The position numbers were made by a program, and so were the translations under genes. 64,000 bases of DNA. It comes from Chloroflexota bacterium (GTDB lineage: Bacteria > Chloroflexota > UBA11872 > VXOZ01). The stretch lies in the NCBI GenBank assembly GCA_963662335.2, contig CAXXVD010000004.1:128001-192000 (forward strand). Reading direction: 5' to 3'. How positions within the stretch are numbered: position 1 is the stretch's first letter; each line of letters opens with the position of its first letter. The notes beneath the pieces are model-generated. The model was not told the origin of the DNA. It ran no database searches and saw nothing but the letters and a program-made list of their open reading frames with translations. Shown in pieces: positions 1 through 10,324 of this stretch.

Positions 1-272
1 ATCGCGTTGACGCGAGCGCCGTGCAGATGGCGTTCTCTCTCCGTGACCTCTTGGCAGACGCCGGGCTGCGCGTCAAAGCGTTCCGCTACTCGGCGCAAGA
101 GGGTTTGTCCGTCGAGGCCGAGGACGGCTGGGTAGCGAAGTATGGCAGCGCCGATCGCATCCTGGCTAAGACGCAGGAATTGCTGGCGGTGCTGCACTTC
201 GCCCGCGAGCAGCAAATCGCGCTCACCGTCATCGACCTCCAACCAAGCAGAAGTCCAACGTTCCGCGCGTGA
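1..272 (+). CDS. ftsQ: Cell division protein FtsQ/DivIB, C-terminal part (5' end outside window)
   Basis: Ends ...LTVIDLQPSRSPTFRA, like the FtsQ C-terminal 'IDLR' motif; directly upstream of ftsA. Confidence 0.7.
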   Translation, partial: RVDASAVQMAFSLRDLLADAGLRVKAFRYSAQEGLSVEAEDGWVAKYGSADRILAKTQELLAVLHFAREQQIALTVIDLQPSRSPTFRA

Positions 273-320
273 GCCACAGGAAGTGGACATAAGGTACTTG
301 ACAACCATCGATTTCGGGAT

Positions 321-349
321 TTGCCGTAAACGGTCCTTCACGGTATAAT
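321..349 (+). promoter_or_regulatory. Sigma70-type promoter for ftsA-ftsZ
   Basis: TTGCCG-17nt-TATAAT. Confidence 0.7.
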
Positions 350-378
350 GTAGCAATCCTTTTCCAAAAGGTAGATAG

Positions 379-1629
379 GTGAGGGGAGTGCCCAAGAAGA
401 GTGTCATTGTCAGCCTCGACGTAGGTACCACCAAGACCCGCGCTCTGGCGTGTGAAGCCGCGCCGGACGGCCGCTTGAGCATGATTGGCGCCGGCATAGC
501 GCCAACGTTTGGACTGCGGCGCGGCGCCGTGATCGACATGGAGGCAACGACCGGCTCGATCTCTACCTGCATGCGTAGTCTCCAGCAGTCGCTGGACCAG
601 AAGCCGCTTGCAACGCAGCTTAGCGTCAGCGGGTGTAACGTGAGCTCGCAGATCGTGCGGGTCGAAACGGTCGTAAAGCAATCCAGAGGTTCGATAACAC
701 CGGCCGAAATCGACCACGTCATGGAGATGGCGTGCAGCATCTCGCTGCCGGAAGATCGTCAGATTCTCATGGCATTCCCGGTTGGTTTCATCCTCGACGG
801 CACTGAGGGCATCCGAGACCCTGCCGGCATGTATGGGCACGTGCTGGGCGCCGAGGTTCACCTGATTACGGGCGCGGTGGGAGCGGTTCGCAACCTGACT
901 TCGTGCCTGAACGCGGCGGAACTCGAGGTGGACGGCGAAATCATGCCGCAGGCGTTCGCGGCGGCCGAGGCGGTGCTCACGGAGCACGAAAAGCAGCTTG
1001 GCGTTGCGCTGGTGGACATTGGCGGCGGCACGACCGACATCGCGCTGTATATGGACGGCTTGCCGTGGCATACTGCCAGCATACCGGTTGGCGGCATGAG
1101 CATAACCAAGGACATTGCCTACGGCCTGCGGCTGCCGCAGCACGTAGCCGAGGAGATCAAGCTGCGCTGCGGCACGGTGGGAGAGGGCGCACTGGAAGAC
1201 AATACGGAATTCAATGCGCCCGGCCTCCATCCCGGCAGGTGGACCAGTATCCCGCGCCGGGACCTTGCCACGATTGTCGTCGCGCGCATGGAGGAACTCC
1301 TGGAACTCATCAAGGATGAGATTCGGCGCACGGGGTACTTCGACGTGTTGCCGGCCGGTGTCGTGCTCACCGGCGGCGGCTCTGAATTGCACGGGCTGGA
1401 GGAGTTGGCGCCCGCCGTGCTGGGCTTGCCGGTGCGGCAGGGAGTGCCGCCGGTGCTGCACGGCATGGACGAAGATGTCTGCCGACCGGAGTTTGCTACC
1501 AGTGTCGGGCTGTCCATCTATGCCGCTCGTATGCAGCGAGCGCAGAGGCGGCGCCCGTTCAGTACTGCCATCGGCGCGGTGGCAGCGAGAGTTGGGTCAC
1601 TCATGCGGCCGTTCATACCGATGAGTTAA
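379..1629 (+). CDS. ftsA: Cell division protein FtsA
   Basis: LDVGTTK, VDIGGGTTD and VLTGGGS actin-like ATPase motifs; synteny with ftsZ. Confidence 0.96.
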   Translation: MRGVPKKSVIVSLDVGTTKTRALACEAAPDGRLSMIGAGIAPTFGLRRGAVIDMEATTGSISTCMRSLQQSLDQKPLATQLSVSGCNVSSQIVRVETVVKQSRGSITPAEIDHVMEMACSISLPEDRQILMAFPVGFILDGTEGIRDPAGMYGHVLGAEVHLITGAVGAVRNLTSCLNAAELEVDGEIMPQAFAAAEAVLTEHEKQLGVALVDIGGGTTDIALYMDGLPWHTASIPVGGMSITKDIAYGLRLPQHVAEEIKLRCGTVGEGALEDNTEFNAPGLHPGRWTSIPRRDLATIVVARMEELLELIKDEIRRTGYFDVLPAGVVLTGGGSELHGLEELAPAVLGLPVRQGVPPVLHGMDEDVCRPEFATSVGLSIYAARMQRAQRRRPFSTAIGAVAARVGSLMRPFIPMS

Positions 1630-1639
1630 CGCAATGTAG

Positions 1640-2836
1640 GTGGTGCACATGGCACAAGGCGCAGAAAACCGCATTTCCCGCTTGTCACCGGGACCGTCCG
1701 ATCAGCCGGACAGATCCGACCATGGGCAAAGGCAAGAGTCGTGGGCGCAGATCAAGGTGGTTGGCGCCGGCGGCGCCGGCGGCAACGCGATCGACCGCAT
1801 GATCCAGAGCCGGGTGGGCGGCGTTGAGTTCATCGCCGTGAATACCGATGCGCAGACCTTGATGAGTTCCGACGCCGAGGTGCGCCTGCGCATTGGCGAC
1901 AAGCTCACCAAGGGCCTCGGCGCCGGCGGCGACCCCGCGGTTGGAGAAAAGGCGGCAGAGGAAGCCTACGAAGAGTTGCAGGACGCGCTGCGCGGCGCGG
2001 ACATGGTATTCATCGCCGTCGGCATGGGCGGCGGCACGGGCACGGGCTCTTCACCCGTAATTGCGGAAATCTCCCGCAGCATTGCCGCGCTCACCGTCGG
2101 CGTGGTTACCAAGCCGTTCACCTGGGAAGGCGTGCCCCGCAGACGCATTACCGAAGAGGGCATCCGCAGACTGCGCGAGCACGTGGATACGCTCATCACC
2201 ATACCCAACGACCGCATTCTGCAAATCGCCCCCAAGAACACGCCAATCGCGGAAGCCTTTCGCTTGGCGGATGAAGTGCTGCGCCAGGCCGTCCAAGGCA
2301 TCTCCGACCTCATCACGCAGCCCGGGCTCATCAACCTGGACTTCAACGACGTCAAGACGATCATGCAGAATTCAGGCACCGCCTACATGGCCATTGGCTA
2401 CGGCAGCGGCGAAAACCGCGCCTCCGACGCGGTGCGCGACGCACTGGCCAATCCGCTGCTGGAGATGTCGATCGACGGGGCCAAGGGCATTCTGCTCAAC
2501 TTTACCGGCGGGCCGGACATGAGCCTGCACGAAGTTTCGCAGGCGGCTGAGATCGTCTCGAAAGCCGCCGACCCGGACGCCACGATCATCTTCGGCTCGG
2601 TTGTGGACGACTCGATGACTGCCGACCTCAAGATTACGATCATCGCAACCGGGTTCGATGAGCAAGAGTTACGGCGGATAAACATGCGTTCCGCCCCCGA
2701 ACCGCGAGGACTGGAAGATCCGCAGCAACCGTCCGTGATTCCGATCGATCAGGAAGAGGTGCGGGAAATGGAAGCCGACAACGACCTCGACGTGCCCACC
2801 TTCCTGCGCAAACGCATCAACCGGCGCGGCCAGTAG
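1640..2836 (+). CDS. ftsZ: Cell division protein FtsZ
   Basis: GMGGGTGTG tubulin signature, INLDFND, C-terminal LDVPTFLR. Confidence 0.99.
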   Translation: MVHMAQGAENRISRLSPGPSDQPDRSDHGQRQESWAQIKVVGAGGAGGNAIDRMIQSRVGGVEFIAVNTDAQTLMSSDAEVRLRIGDKLTKGLGAGGDPAVGEKAAEEAYEELQDALRGADMVFIAVGMGGGTGTGSSPVIAEISRSIAALTVGVVTKPFTWEGVPRRRITEEGIRRLREHVDTLITIPNDRILQIAPKNTPIAEAFRLADEVLRQAVQGISDLITQPGLINLDFNDVKTIMQNSGTAYMAIGYGSGENRASDAVRDALANPLLEMSIDGAKGILLNFTGGPDMSLHEVSQAAEIVSKAADPDATIIFGSVVDDSMTADLKITIIATGFDEQELRRINMRSAPEPRGLEDPQQPSVIPIDQEEVREMEADNDLDVPTFLRKRINRRGQ

Positions 2837-2846
2837 CTGCCTTTTT
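2828..2846 (+). terminator. Possible intrinsic terminator of ftsZ
   Basis: Short GGCCAG/CTGCC hairpin around the stop codon followed by TTTTT. Confidence 0.4.
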
Positions 2847-2850
2847 CTTG

Positions 2851-2965
2851 CTGCGCCTCCGGTGAAGTTGGCCGCGGCCGGCCGATTCCGAGTCCCGCGT
2901 ATCCCCTGGCAGGGCTGAACGTTCAGGTCTCGCAGCGAGCACGCCTCGCGCCAACCCCAGCGCAG
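2851..2965 (-). ncRNA. Candidate structured small RNA (6S-like rod with internal bubble)
   Basis: On the minus strand CUGCGC/GCGCAG, UGGGGUUGGC/GCCAACUUCA and CGAG-CCUG/CGGG-CUCG pair with G-U wobbles that work only on this strand. Confidence 0.35.
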
Positions 2966-3021
2966 GCTTCATGCTCGCCCAGCGCATCAACACCGCCTAT
3001 AGGACAGACTATCGCACCGCT

Positions 3022-4698
3022 CTACCGCGCCGATGGAATGACGGGCAGCAGGATGTGGGAAGGATAGGCCCGGCTGTGGTGGACAGTCTGCCGCGCCGCT
3101 TGCCATTTGTCCTCCAGGCCGTTGTTCTCCGCGCCCGTGTTGAGGTTGCGGTCGAAGCGCGGGAAGTTGCTGGATGAGATTTCCACGCGGATGCGGTGTC
3201 CGGCCTTGAAGACGTTGCCGATCACCCACAGGTCGATCTCGTACTCGTAGACCTTGCCCGGCTCGATGAGTGACGAGGCTTCCCGCCCTTCCCGGTACCG
3301 GGCGCGCACGATGCCGTCGCAGAGACTGAAGGCGCGGCCGTCGGGATGCACGTCCACCAGCTTGGCGGTCCAGTCGGTGTCCGGCTGATCGCTCTCGGCG
3401 TAGAGCGCGACCGTGATTGGCCCGGTTACCTCCAGATCGCTTGCCAGCGGCTCGCCGGTGTAGCAGAGCACGTCCTGGCGCATCTCGATGTTCTGCTGGT
3501 CGTACGGCCCCCAGGGCACGATGTGGGGCGAGCAGCAGTTGTTGCCGCCGAGCGTCGGCACCGGCGCGATTGGGTCGTACGTGTAGCCGTCGGCCGGTTC
3601 GTCCGCCGGCGCATCGACCGATAGGCCGCCGTCGCCGTTTAGCGTATTCGCGCCGCCGCCGGAGTGGAAGTACCACTTCTGCCAGTCGGTGCGGGCGAGC
3701 GGCCACTCGTGCTCGTCCCGCCACTCTTTGCGCCCCATGATGAAGAGACGCAGCGGCGGTTCGTCCACGATGCCGTTCTGTTCGCCTTTCAGCCAGTAGT
3801 CGAACCAGCGCAACTCTTCGCCGTCCAGGTCAACCAGCGAGTCCGGGCCAAAGTCCACCTGCCCCGTGACCTGCGACGTGGATAGCCCATGCGGCCAAGC
3901 GCCCATGATGAGCCGGCTCTGCCGCGCTTCCGCCGAGGCCCCGCGCAGTCGCTGTTCGTTCCAATTGTCGAACGTGGCCTTGGAATAGAGGTCGAACCAG
4001 CCGCCCATGTTGTACGCGGGCGCGGTAACCGTCTCCCAATTCTCGCTGTTGCTGGATGGCTTCCAGTACTCGCCGTAATTGGGATGGCGGATCCAGTCCT
4101 TCCAGAAGTCCAGGTCACGCCCGATTTCGGTAGTAACGTCAGCCACGGGCAGCGTGCGGAAGACGCGAACCCAGTCCTCATACTCGATATTCTGCGCCGT
4201 GCGGCCATGGGTGCGCGAGCCCCACGTGGCAAGCACGCCAAGCTGCAGGGCGCCGTTGGTGTAGCCGGGTGAATCGTAGAAGTCGCACGGCGCGACCCGG
4301 GGCGCGATACAGGTCAGGTGCGGGCTGCCGCGCCAGGCTGCCGTCCACTGGGTGATGCCCAGGTACGAGCCGCCGGCCATGCCTATCTTGCCGGTGCTCC
4401 AGGGCTGCGCGGCAACCCACTCCACCGTGTCGTGGCCGTCGTCCGCTTCATTGTTCACCGGGTAGTACGCGCCGTCGGAATCCCAGCGGCCGCGCACGTC
4501 CTGGATCACCACTGCGTAGCCCCGGCTCGCCAGTTTGCGCCCTTTCTCGATGTGCAAATCCGTATTGTTGCCGTACGGCGTGCGCACCAGCACCGTCGGC
4601 GCCGGCTCCGCCTGGGGCGGCAGAAAGACGTCGGCGGACAACGCCACCCCGTCACGCATTGGCACTTTCGCGTCAACCATGGTCCGGATTATCGACAT
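3022..4698 (-). CDS. CocE/NonD family serine hydrolase
   Basis: RTPY, QDVRGR, GGSYLG nucleophile elbow, C-terminal SSSNFPRFDRN. Confidence 0.93.
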   Translation of the reverse strand: MSIIRTMVDAKVPMRDGVALSADVFLPPQAEPAPTVLVRTPYGNNTDLHIEKGRKLASRGYAVVIQDVRGRWDSDGAYYPVNNEADDGHDTVEWVAAQPWSTGKIGMAGGSYLGITQWTAAWRGSPHLTCIAPRVAPCDFYDSPGYTNGALQLGVLATWGSRTHGRTAQNIEYEDWVRVFRTLPVADVTTEIGRDLDFWKDWIRHPNYGEYWKPSSNSENWETVTAPAYNMGGWFDLYSKATFDNWNEQRLRGASAEARQSRLIMGAWPHGLSTSQVTGQVDFGPDSLVDLDGEELRWFDYWLKGEQNGIVDEPPLRLFIMGRKEWRDEHEWPLARTDWQKWYFHSGGGANTLNGDGGLSVDAPADEPADGYTYDPIAPVPTLGGNNCCSPHIVPWGPYDQQNIEMRQDVLCYTGEPLASDLEVTGPITVALYAESDQPDTDWTAKLVDVHPDGRAFSLCDGIVRARYREGREASSLIEPGKVYEYEIDLWVIGNVFKAGHRIRVEISSSNFPRFDRNLNTGAENNGLEDKWQAARQTVHHSRAYPSHILLPVIPSAR

Positions 4699-4763
4699 GG
4701 CGCGTAACTCCTCTTTCAGTGAAGCGCTTTACTGAGTTTTCTTCGTCGGCGGGCGGCGGGAAA

Positions 4764-5096
4764 CTACGTAAGCGGCTGCGCCGCGTCAATCTGCCGTCCG
4801 CCCTCTCGGGGCCGCACACGCGCGGCAATCTGCTCTCCCGATTCAATCTCCGCGGCGCGCAGTTCGTAGCCCTGCTGAAGGTTCAGCCAGAATTGCGGCG
4901 TGGTGCCAAAGTAGCGGGACAGGCGCAGCGCCGTATCGGCCGTGATGCCGCGTTGGCCGTTCAAGATTGCTGTCACGCGATTGGCAGGCACGCCCAGCGC
5001 CTTGGCCAACGCGTTGGCTGACATGCCAAGTTCGTGAAGTTCTTCAGCCAGGATTTCACCCGGGTGGACAGGTCTCATTCCGTTTTTTACAGCCAT
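4764..5096 (-). CDS. higA: HigA family antitoxin (HTH), no intact toxin upstream
   Basis: MRPVHPGEIL...ITADTALRLSRYFGTTPQFWLNLQ; GAGGAG RBS before ATG at 5096. Confidence 0.9.
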   Translation of the reverse strand: MAVKNGMRPVHPGEILAEELHELGMSANALAKALGVPANRVTAILNGQRGITADTALRLSRYFGTTPQFWLNLQQGYELRAAEIESGEQIAARVRPREGGRQIDAAQPLT

Positions 5097-5197
5097 GCCA
5101 GACTCCTCAAAGATGGCCTTTAGCCGTCTCCTGGTCGCGCGAGCCATCTACCCTCGATATGGCAAGAGACTGCCGTTACAACTTGCAAGAACCGAGA

Positions 5198-5224
5198 CCG
5201 TTCGCGCTGAGCCTGTCGAAGCGC
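5198..5224 (+). repeat. Single arm of a palindromic interspersed repeat (CCGTTCGCGCTGAGCCTGTCGAAGCG)
   Basis: Resembles from memory a widespread 'CTGAGCCTGTCGAAG' REP-like family; only one copy in window. Confidence 0.4.
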
Positions 5225-5327
5225 TCGGCAAGTTGGGTCTCGCTGCCACGCATGGTATCATGGTGGCACGGAATTGAACCAACCGCAATCTGCGGCGCTC
5301 CCAGTCGCGGAAACCGACGATACCGCC

Positions 5328-6875
5328 ATGGCAAAGTACTACGTTACCACACCAATCTACTACCCCAACGCCAAGCCGCACATCGGCACGGCCTTTTGCA
5401 CTATCGGCTGCGACGTGCAGGCGCGCTACCGGCGCTTGCGGGGATACGATACGTTCTTCCTCACGGGCCTCGACGAAAACAGCCTCAACGTCGAGCGGCA
5501 GGCCCGCAGCCAGGGCAAGGAGCCGCAGGCCTACTGCGACGAAATGGCCGGGTTCTTCGAAGACCTTTGGCAGAAGCTCGACATTTCCCACGACGGCTTC
5601 ATTCGCACCACCGAAGCGCGCCACCAGCACGCCGCGCGGCTCCTGTTGCAGAAGTGTTACGACGCCGGCGACATCTACAAAGGCACCTACGCCGGCTGGT
5701 ACTGCCTTCCGTGCGAGGCCTTCTACGCCGATGAAGACCTCGTAGACGGCAAGTGCCCGGTGCACGACGCCGAGCCGGAGTGGACGGAAGAAGACAACTA
5801 CTTCTTTGCCCTGACCAAGTATCAGGACAAGCTGCTGGCGTTCTACGAAGAACACCCGGAGTCCGTGCTGCCGGACTTTCGCCGCAACGAAGTCGTCAAC
5901 ATGGTGCGCAACGGCCTGCGTGACTTCAGCATCTCGCGCGCCAACAAGACGTGGGGCATCCCGGTGCCGTTCGATGAGCGGCAGGTTATCTACGTCTGGT
6001 TCGACGCCCTCACCAACTACCTGACCGGCATTGGGTTTGGACAAGACGACGAGATGCTGGGGCGCTACTGGCCGGCCGACGCCCACGTGGTCGGCAAGGA
6101 CATCATCCGCTTTCACTGCGTCTACTGGCCGGCAATGCTCATGTCCGCCGGCGTGCCCTTGCCCAAGACCGTGTGGGCGCACGGCTGGATCATGTTCCGC
6201 GGCGCGAAGATGAGCAAGTCGCGCGGCGCCGGCGTCGACCCTTTCGAGATGGTGGACGACTTTGGCGCCGATGCCGTGCGCTACTACCTGATGCGGGAGG
6301 TGCCGTTCGACCAGGACGGCGTCTTCTCCTGGGAGAGTTTCTACAACCGCTACAACGCCGACTTGGCAAACGACTTGGGCAACCTGGTGCACCGCACCAC
6401 GTCCATGCTCGGACGTTATTTCGATGGCGCGCTGCCCGCCCCTGGCGCGGAAGCCGCGCTGGACGCCTCCCTGCGGGAAACCGCGCAAGGCGCGATCGCG
6501 GGCGCGGAGCGCGGGCTGGAGTCCTGGGATCTGGACGCGGCGCTTGATAGTGTCTGGACGCTGGTCACCCGGGCCAATCAGTACATCGAAGAGAACGCGC
6601 CCTGGGAACTGGCGAAGCAGCCTGCGCAACGCGAACGGTTGGGCACGGTGCTCTACAACGTGACTGAAGCCGTGCGCATCCTGGCCCTGTTGCTCGGCCC
6701 CTATATTCCGCAAACCGCCGGCACGATACTGGAGCGGCTGGGCGAGCCGCCGCTTACGGCCGGCGCGTGGGAATCCCGCCTGTCGTGGGGACTCCTCACG
6801 CCCGCACGCGCTATCGCCAGGGGCGCGCCGCTCTTCCCCCGCCTGGAAGCGCCGGAGTTGGCGGAGAGCACGTAG
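5328..6875 (+). CDS. metG: Methionine--tRNA ligase (short form, no C-terminal tRNA-binding domain)
   Basis: YVTTPIYYPN..PHIG, CxxC..CPVH knuckle, YVWFDAL, GKDI, KMSKS. Confidence 0.97.
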   Translation: MAKYYVTTPIYYPNAKPHIGTAFCTIGCDVQARYRRLRGYDTFFLTGLDENSLNVERQARSQGKEPQAYCDEMAGFFEDLWQKLDISHDGFIRTTEARHQHAARLLLQKCYDAGDIYKGTYAGWYCLPCEAFYADEDLVDGKCPVHDAEPEWTEEDNYFFALTKYQDKLLAFYEEHPESVLPDFRRNEVVNMVRNGLRDFSISRANKTWGIPVPFDERQVIYVWFDALTNYLTGIGFGQDDEMLGRYWPADAHVVGKDIIRFHCVYWPAMLMSAGVPLPKTVWAHGWIMFRGAKMSKSRGAGVDPFEMVDDFGADAVRYYLMREVPFDQDGVFSWESFYNRYNADLANDLGNLVHRTTSMLGRYFDGALPAPGAEAALDASLRETAQGAIAGAERGLESWDLDAALDSVWTLVTRANQYIEENAPWELAKQPAQRERLGTVLYNVTEAVRILALLLGPYIPQTAGTILERLGEPPLTAGAWESRLSWGLLTPARAIARGAPLFPRLEAPELAEST

Positions 6876-6895
6876 CCGGCGCTTGCGGCCTCTCT

Positions 6896-7675
6896 ATGAC
6901 GGATACCCACGCCCACATCAACTCGCCGCGCTTTGCCGACGACCTGTCCGCCGTGGTCGAGCGGGCCGCCCAGGCCGGCGTCACGGCGATTGTTGTCGTC
7001 GGCGTGGATATACCGTCGAGCCGCGCCGCCGTCGAGATTGCCGCGCGCTATCCGGCGTGCTGGGCAACGGTTGGCGTGCATCCCCACGAACCCGCCGCCG
7101 GCACGCCTGCCGCGTGGCGCGAATTGGAGGCGCTGGCGGGCGCGCCGAAGGTAGTGGCGATTGGCGAAACCGGACTGGACTACTACCGGATGCTCGCCCC
7201 CAAGCGCGCGCAGCAGGACGCCTTTTCGCGTCAACTAGCGTTGGCGGCGCAATGCCGGCTGCCCATTGTCGTCCACATGCGTCAAGCCTACGCGGACGTG
7301 CACCGGACGCTGGCGGCAGCGCAGCCGCGCCCGCGGGCAGTCATGCACTGCTTCTCCGGCGATGAAACTCAGGCAGCGGCCTTTATCGCGCTTGGCTGTA
7401 TGATCTCGCTCGCCGGGCCGGTGACGTTTCGCACGGCGGCGAAGTTACACGAGGTCGCAAAGATGGTACCATCGGATAGACTATTGATAGAGACGGACTG
7501 CCCGTACCTCGCGCCGGTTCCTCACCGCGGCACGCGCAACGAACCGGCGTACGTGCGCTATACGTTGAAATTTGTCGCGCGGCAGCGCGGCGTATCGCCG
7601 CAAGCACTGGAAGAGATCACAGACCGCAATGCCCAGACGTTCTTCGGAATCACCGCCCGCGGCGGAACACAGTAA
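6896..7675 (+). CDS. tatD: TatD family hydrolase/DNase
   Basis: DTHAH, GVHPH, IGETGLDY, ETDCPYLAP; classic metG-tatD order. Confidence 0.95.
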   Translation: MTDTHAHINSPRFADDLSAVVERAAQAGVTAIVVVGVDIPSSRAAVEIAARYPACWATVGVHPHEPAAGTPAAWRELEALAGAPKVVAIGETGLDYYRMLAPKRAQQDAFSRQLALAAQCRLPIVVHMRQAYADVHRTLAAAQPRPRAVMHCFSGDETQAAAFIALGCMISLAGPVTFRTAAKLHEVAKMVPSDRLLIETDCPYLAPVPHRGTRNEPAYVRYTLKFVARQRGVSPQALEEITDRNAQTFFGITARGGTQ

Positions 7676-8747
7676 CGCGGCTGCATCCCTGGATGCGGCG
7701 CCGCTCGACGGCGCGCGGGCCGACGTCGCCCGGATTAGCGCGCCGGTGGCGGACAGGCTCGAGGAAGTGGAAGCCTTCCTCTCGGCGATGTGGGAAGAGA
7801 CGCCCAACCCCGCGCTATCGCAATTGGTGCGCCACATCATGGCCGCCGGCGGCAAGAAACTGCGGCCGCTGCTCACGCTGCTCTGCGCCTCGGCCTGCGC
7901 GCCCCCGGATGCCCGCGCCGTGAACGTGGCGGCGGCGATTGAGATTCTCCATGCTGCCACCCTGATTCACGACGACGTCATCGATCACGCGCACGTGCGG
8001 CGGGGCCTGCCGACCGCCAACGCCCGCTGGTCAAATGCCCTCGCCGTGCTCTCCGGTGACTATCTCTTTGCCAAGTGCTCCCACGTGGTAGCGCAATTGG
8101 GCGATCCGGAACTCGTGCGCATCCTGGCGCGCACCGTCATGCGCATGGTCGCCAGCGAAACAACCCAATTCTCGAGCATCGAGCACATCGACGTGGTTGA
8201 AGACGAGTACTACCGCAAGGTGCGGGGCAAGACCGCCTCTCTGCTGGAGTTGTGCTGCGAGGCGGGCGGATTGGTCGGCGGCGCTTCCGCCGCGCAGCGC
8301 GACGCCCTGCGCGCCTACGGCGAGAACGTGGGCATTGCCTTTCAAATCGTGGACGACATTCTCGACATCGCCGGCACCGAAGAGGAGTTGGGCAAGCCGG
8401 TCGGGGGCGACCTGCGGGAAGGCACCATCACGCTGCCCATCATCATCTACTTGCGCCAGCAACCGCCACATGGGGCGGCGCCTGCGACGAAATCGGCTCC
8501 GGCCCAGTCAGCCGTTGCCCGGCTGCTCACGCGGGAGTCTGATGATGAGAGCGCGCTGTGGGAAGCGGTGGCGGCCATTCGCCAGTCCGAGGCCCTCGAC
8601 GCCGCCTATGCCGAGGCCCGCAAGTATGGCGAGCGGGCGCGCGCGGCGCTGGCCGCCCTGCCAGCCGGCGACTCAAGCCCGCGCGGCGCCGATTGCCGTC
8701 GCTCCCTGGACTTGCTCGTAGACTACGTTATCGAGCGGCGGCAGTAA
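7629..8747 (+). CDS. Polyprenyl diphosphate synthase (start uncertain)
   Basis: GGKKLRP, LIHDDVID, FQIVDDILD aspartate-rich motifs; near menG. Confidence 0.93.
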   Translation: MPRRSSESPPAAEHSNAAASLDAAPLDGARADVARISAPVADRLEEVEAFLSAMWEETPNPALSQLVRHIMAAGGKKLRPLLTLLCASACAPPDARAVNVAAAIEILHAATLIHDDVIDHAHVRRGLPTANARWSNALAVLSGDYLFAKCSHVVAQLGDPELVRILARTVMRMVASETTQFSSIEHIDVVEDEYYRKVRGKTASLLELCCEAGGLVGGASAAQRDALRAYGENVGIAFQIVDDILDIAGTEEELGKPVGGDLREGTITLPIIIYLRQQPPHGAAPATKSAPAQSAVARLLTRESDDESALWEAVAAIRQSEALDAAYAEARKYGERARAALAALPAGDSSPRGADCRRSLDLLVDYVIERRQ

Positions 8748-8803
8748 CCGGAGAAGCTGACTTTCTGCGCGGAAAGCCCGCGCGAATTGCAAAGGGGGGT
8801 CCC

Positions 8804-10273
8804 ATGGCGCGCGTGCTTATCGCGGAATTGCAGCAGGAGACGGCAACGTTCAACCCGCATCTGACCCAGTACGAGGACTTTCGCGTCGTGCGCGGCGCCG
8901 CTATCGTGGAGGAACTGCGCGGCACCAATACGGAGATTGCGGGCGCGCTCGACGTCTTTGCGGAACACCCCGACGTTGCGGTCGTTCCCACCATGGCGGC
9001 CTGGGCCGTGCCCCATGGTCCCGTCGCGGACGCCGTACTCGATCGGCTAATTCAAGAGATCATCGCTGCCATGGAGGCGGAGGGCAGCGTGGACGCGGTG
9101 CTGCTCGTGCTGCACGGCGCCATGGCGAGCGAGACCGAATTCGACCCGGAAGGCAGGCTGTTGGCAGCGGTGCGGGCGCGGGTGGGCGCCATTCCCCTTG
9201 TCGCCTCGCTGGACTTCCACGCCGTCATCACCGACCGCATGTTGCAAAACGCCGACATGATGGTCGGCTACCACACGTATCCCCACACGGATTTCTACGA
9301 GACCGGCGTGCGGGCCGCGCGCAACCTGGTGCGCATGTTTAAGGAGAACGCCGCGCCGGCCACGGCCCGCGTCAAGATCCCGCTCATGGCGCGGGGCGAC
9401 GAACTGCTCACGGACACGGGACGCTTTGGCGAGGCGATTCGCATGTGCCAGGCCCTCGAAGAGTCCCCGGGCGGGCTAGCCGCCAACATCTACCTCTCCA
9501 ATCCCTTCACCGACGTGCCCGATCTCCAGTCCTACGTCATCGTAACCACGGACGGCGACCAGGAGCGGGCGAATGCGGAAGCCGAACGGATTGCGCGCTT
9601 CATGTGGGAGAATCGCGACCTGTGGATGGCCGAGTTGACGCCGCTCCCCGAAGCGGTTGCCCTGGCGCGGGCCACGCCCGGCCTGACCGTCTTTTCCGAT
9701 GCCGCCGACGCCACCTCTTCCGGCGCGCCGGGCGACAGCAACGCCGTGTTGAAAGAGTTGCTGGCGCAGGACTATGACGGCAAGGCCCTCATCCCGCTCA
9801 TCGACGCGCCCGCCGTGGCGGCCGCGTTCGCGGCCGGCGTCGGCGAGACCGTTACCCTGCCATTGGGCGGCACCATGGATCCCGGCCGCAACGCGCCATT
9901 TACGGCAACTGTTTATGTAAAGAGCCTGCACGACGGCGAATTCGCCTATGAAAACAGCGTCATCGAACAGGCCGGCCGCACGGCGGTGCTCACGATTGGC
10001 AACGTCTCCGTGCTGACCACCGAACGCCTCATTCTGTTCGTCGGCCGCCGGGTGTTCCAGGCGTTCGGCCTGGAGCCGCAGGACTTCTCCTTAGTGGTCG
10101 CGAAATCCCCTAACGGCTTTCGCACCTGGTACGAGGAGATCGCAGCCCGCATCGTGCATCTGGACACGCCCGGCTCCGCCAGCCTCAATCTCGAGTCGCT
10201 GCCCTACGAACACTGTGTGCGCCCGATCTATCCGCTGGATGACGACGTTACCGCTGACTTGCGCGCCGGGTAA
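8804..10273 (+). CDS. M81 family metallopeptidase (MlrC-like)
   Basis: QETATFNP, LHGAM, DFHA, YPHTD motifs. Confidence 0.9.
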   Translation: MARVLIAELQQETATFNPHLTQYEDFRVVRGAAIVEELRGTNTEIAGALDVFAEHPDVAVVPTMAAWAVPHGPVADAVLDRLIQEIIAAMEAEGSVDAVLLVLHGAMASETEFDPEGRLLAAVRARVGAIPLVASLDFHAVITDRMLQNADMMVGYHTYPHTDFYETGVRAARNLVRMFKENAAPATARVKIPLMARGDELLTDTGRFGEAIRMCQALEESPGGLAANIYLSNPFTDVPDLQSYVIVTTDGDQERANAEAERIARFMWENRDLWMAELTPLPEAVALARATPGLTVFSDAADATSSGAPGDSNAVLKELLAQDYDGKALIPLIDAPAVAAAFAAGVGETVTLPLGGTMDPGRNAPFTATVYVKSLHDGEFAYENSVIEQAGRTAVLTIGNVSVLTTERLILFVGRRVFQAFGLEPQDFSLVVAKSPNGFRTWYEEIAARIVHLDTPGSASLNLESLPYEHCVRPIYPLDDDVTADLRAG

Positions 10274-10324
10274 CCGGCGGAAGCCGGGACGAGCGCCCTC
10301 CCGCGCGGCGCGAAAGGCGGAGCG

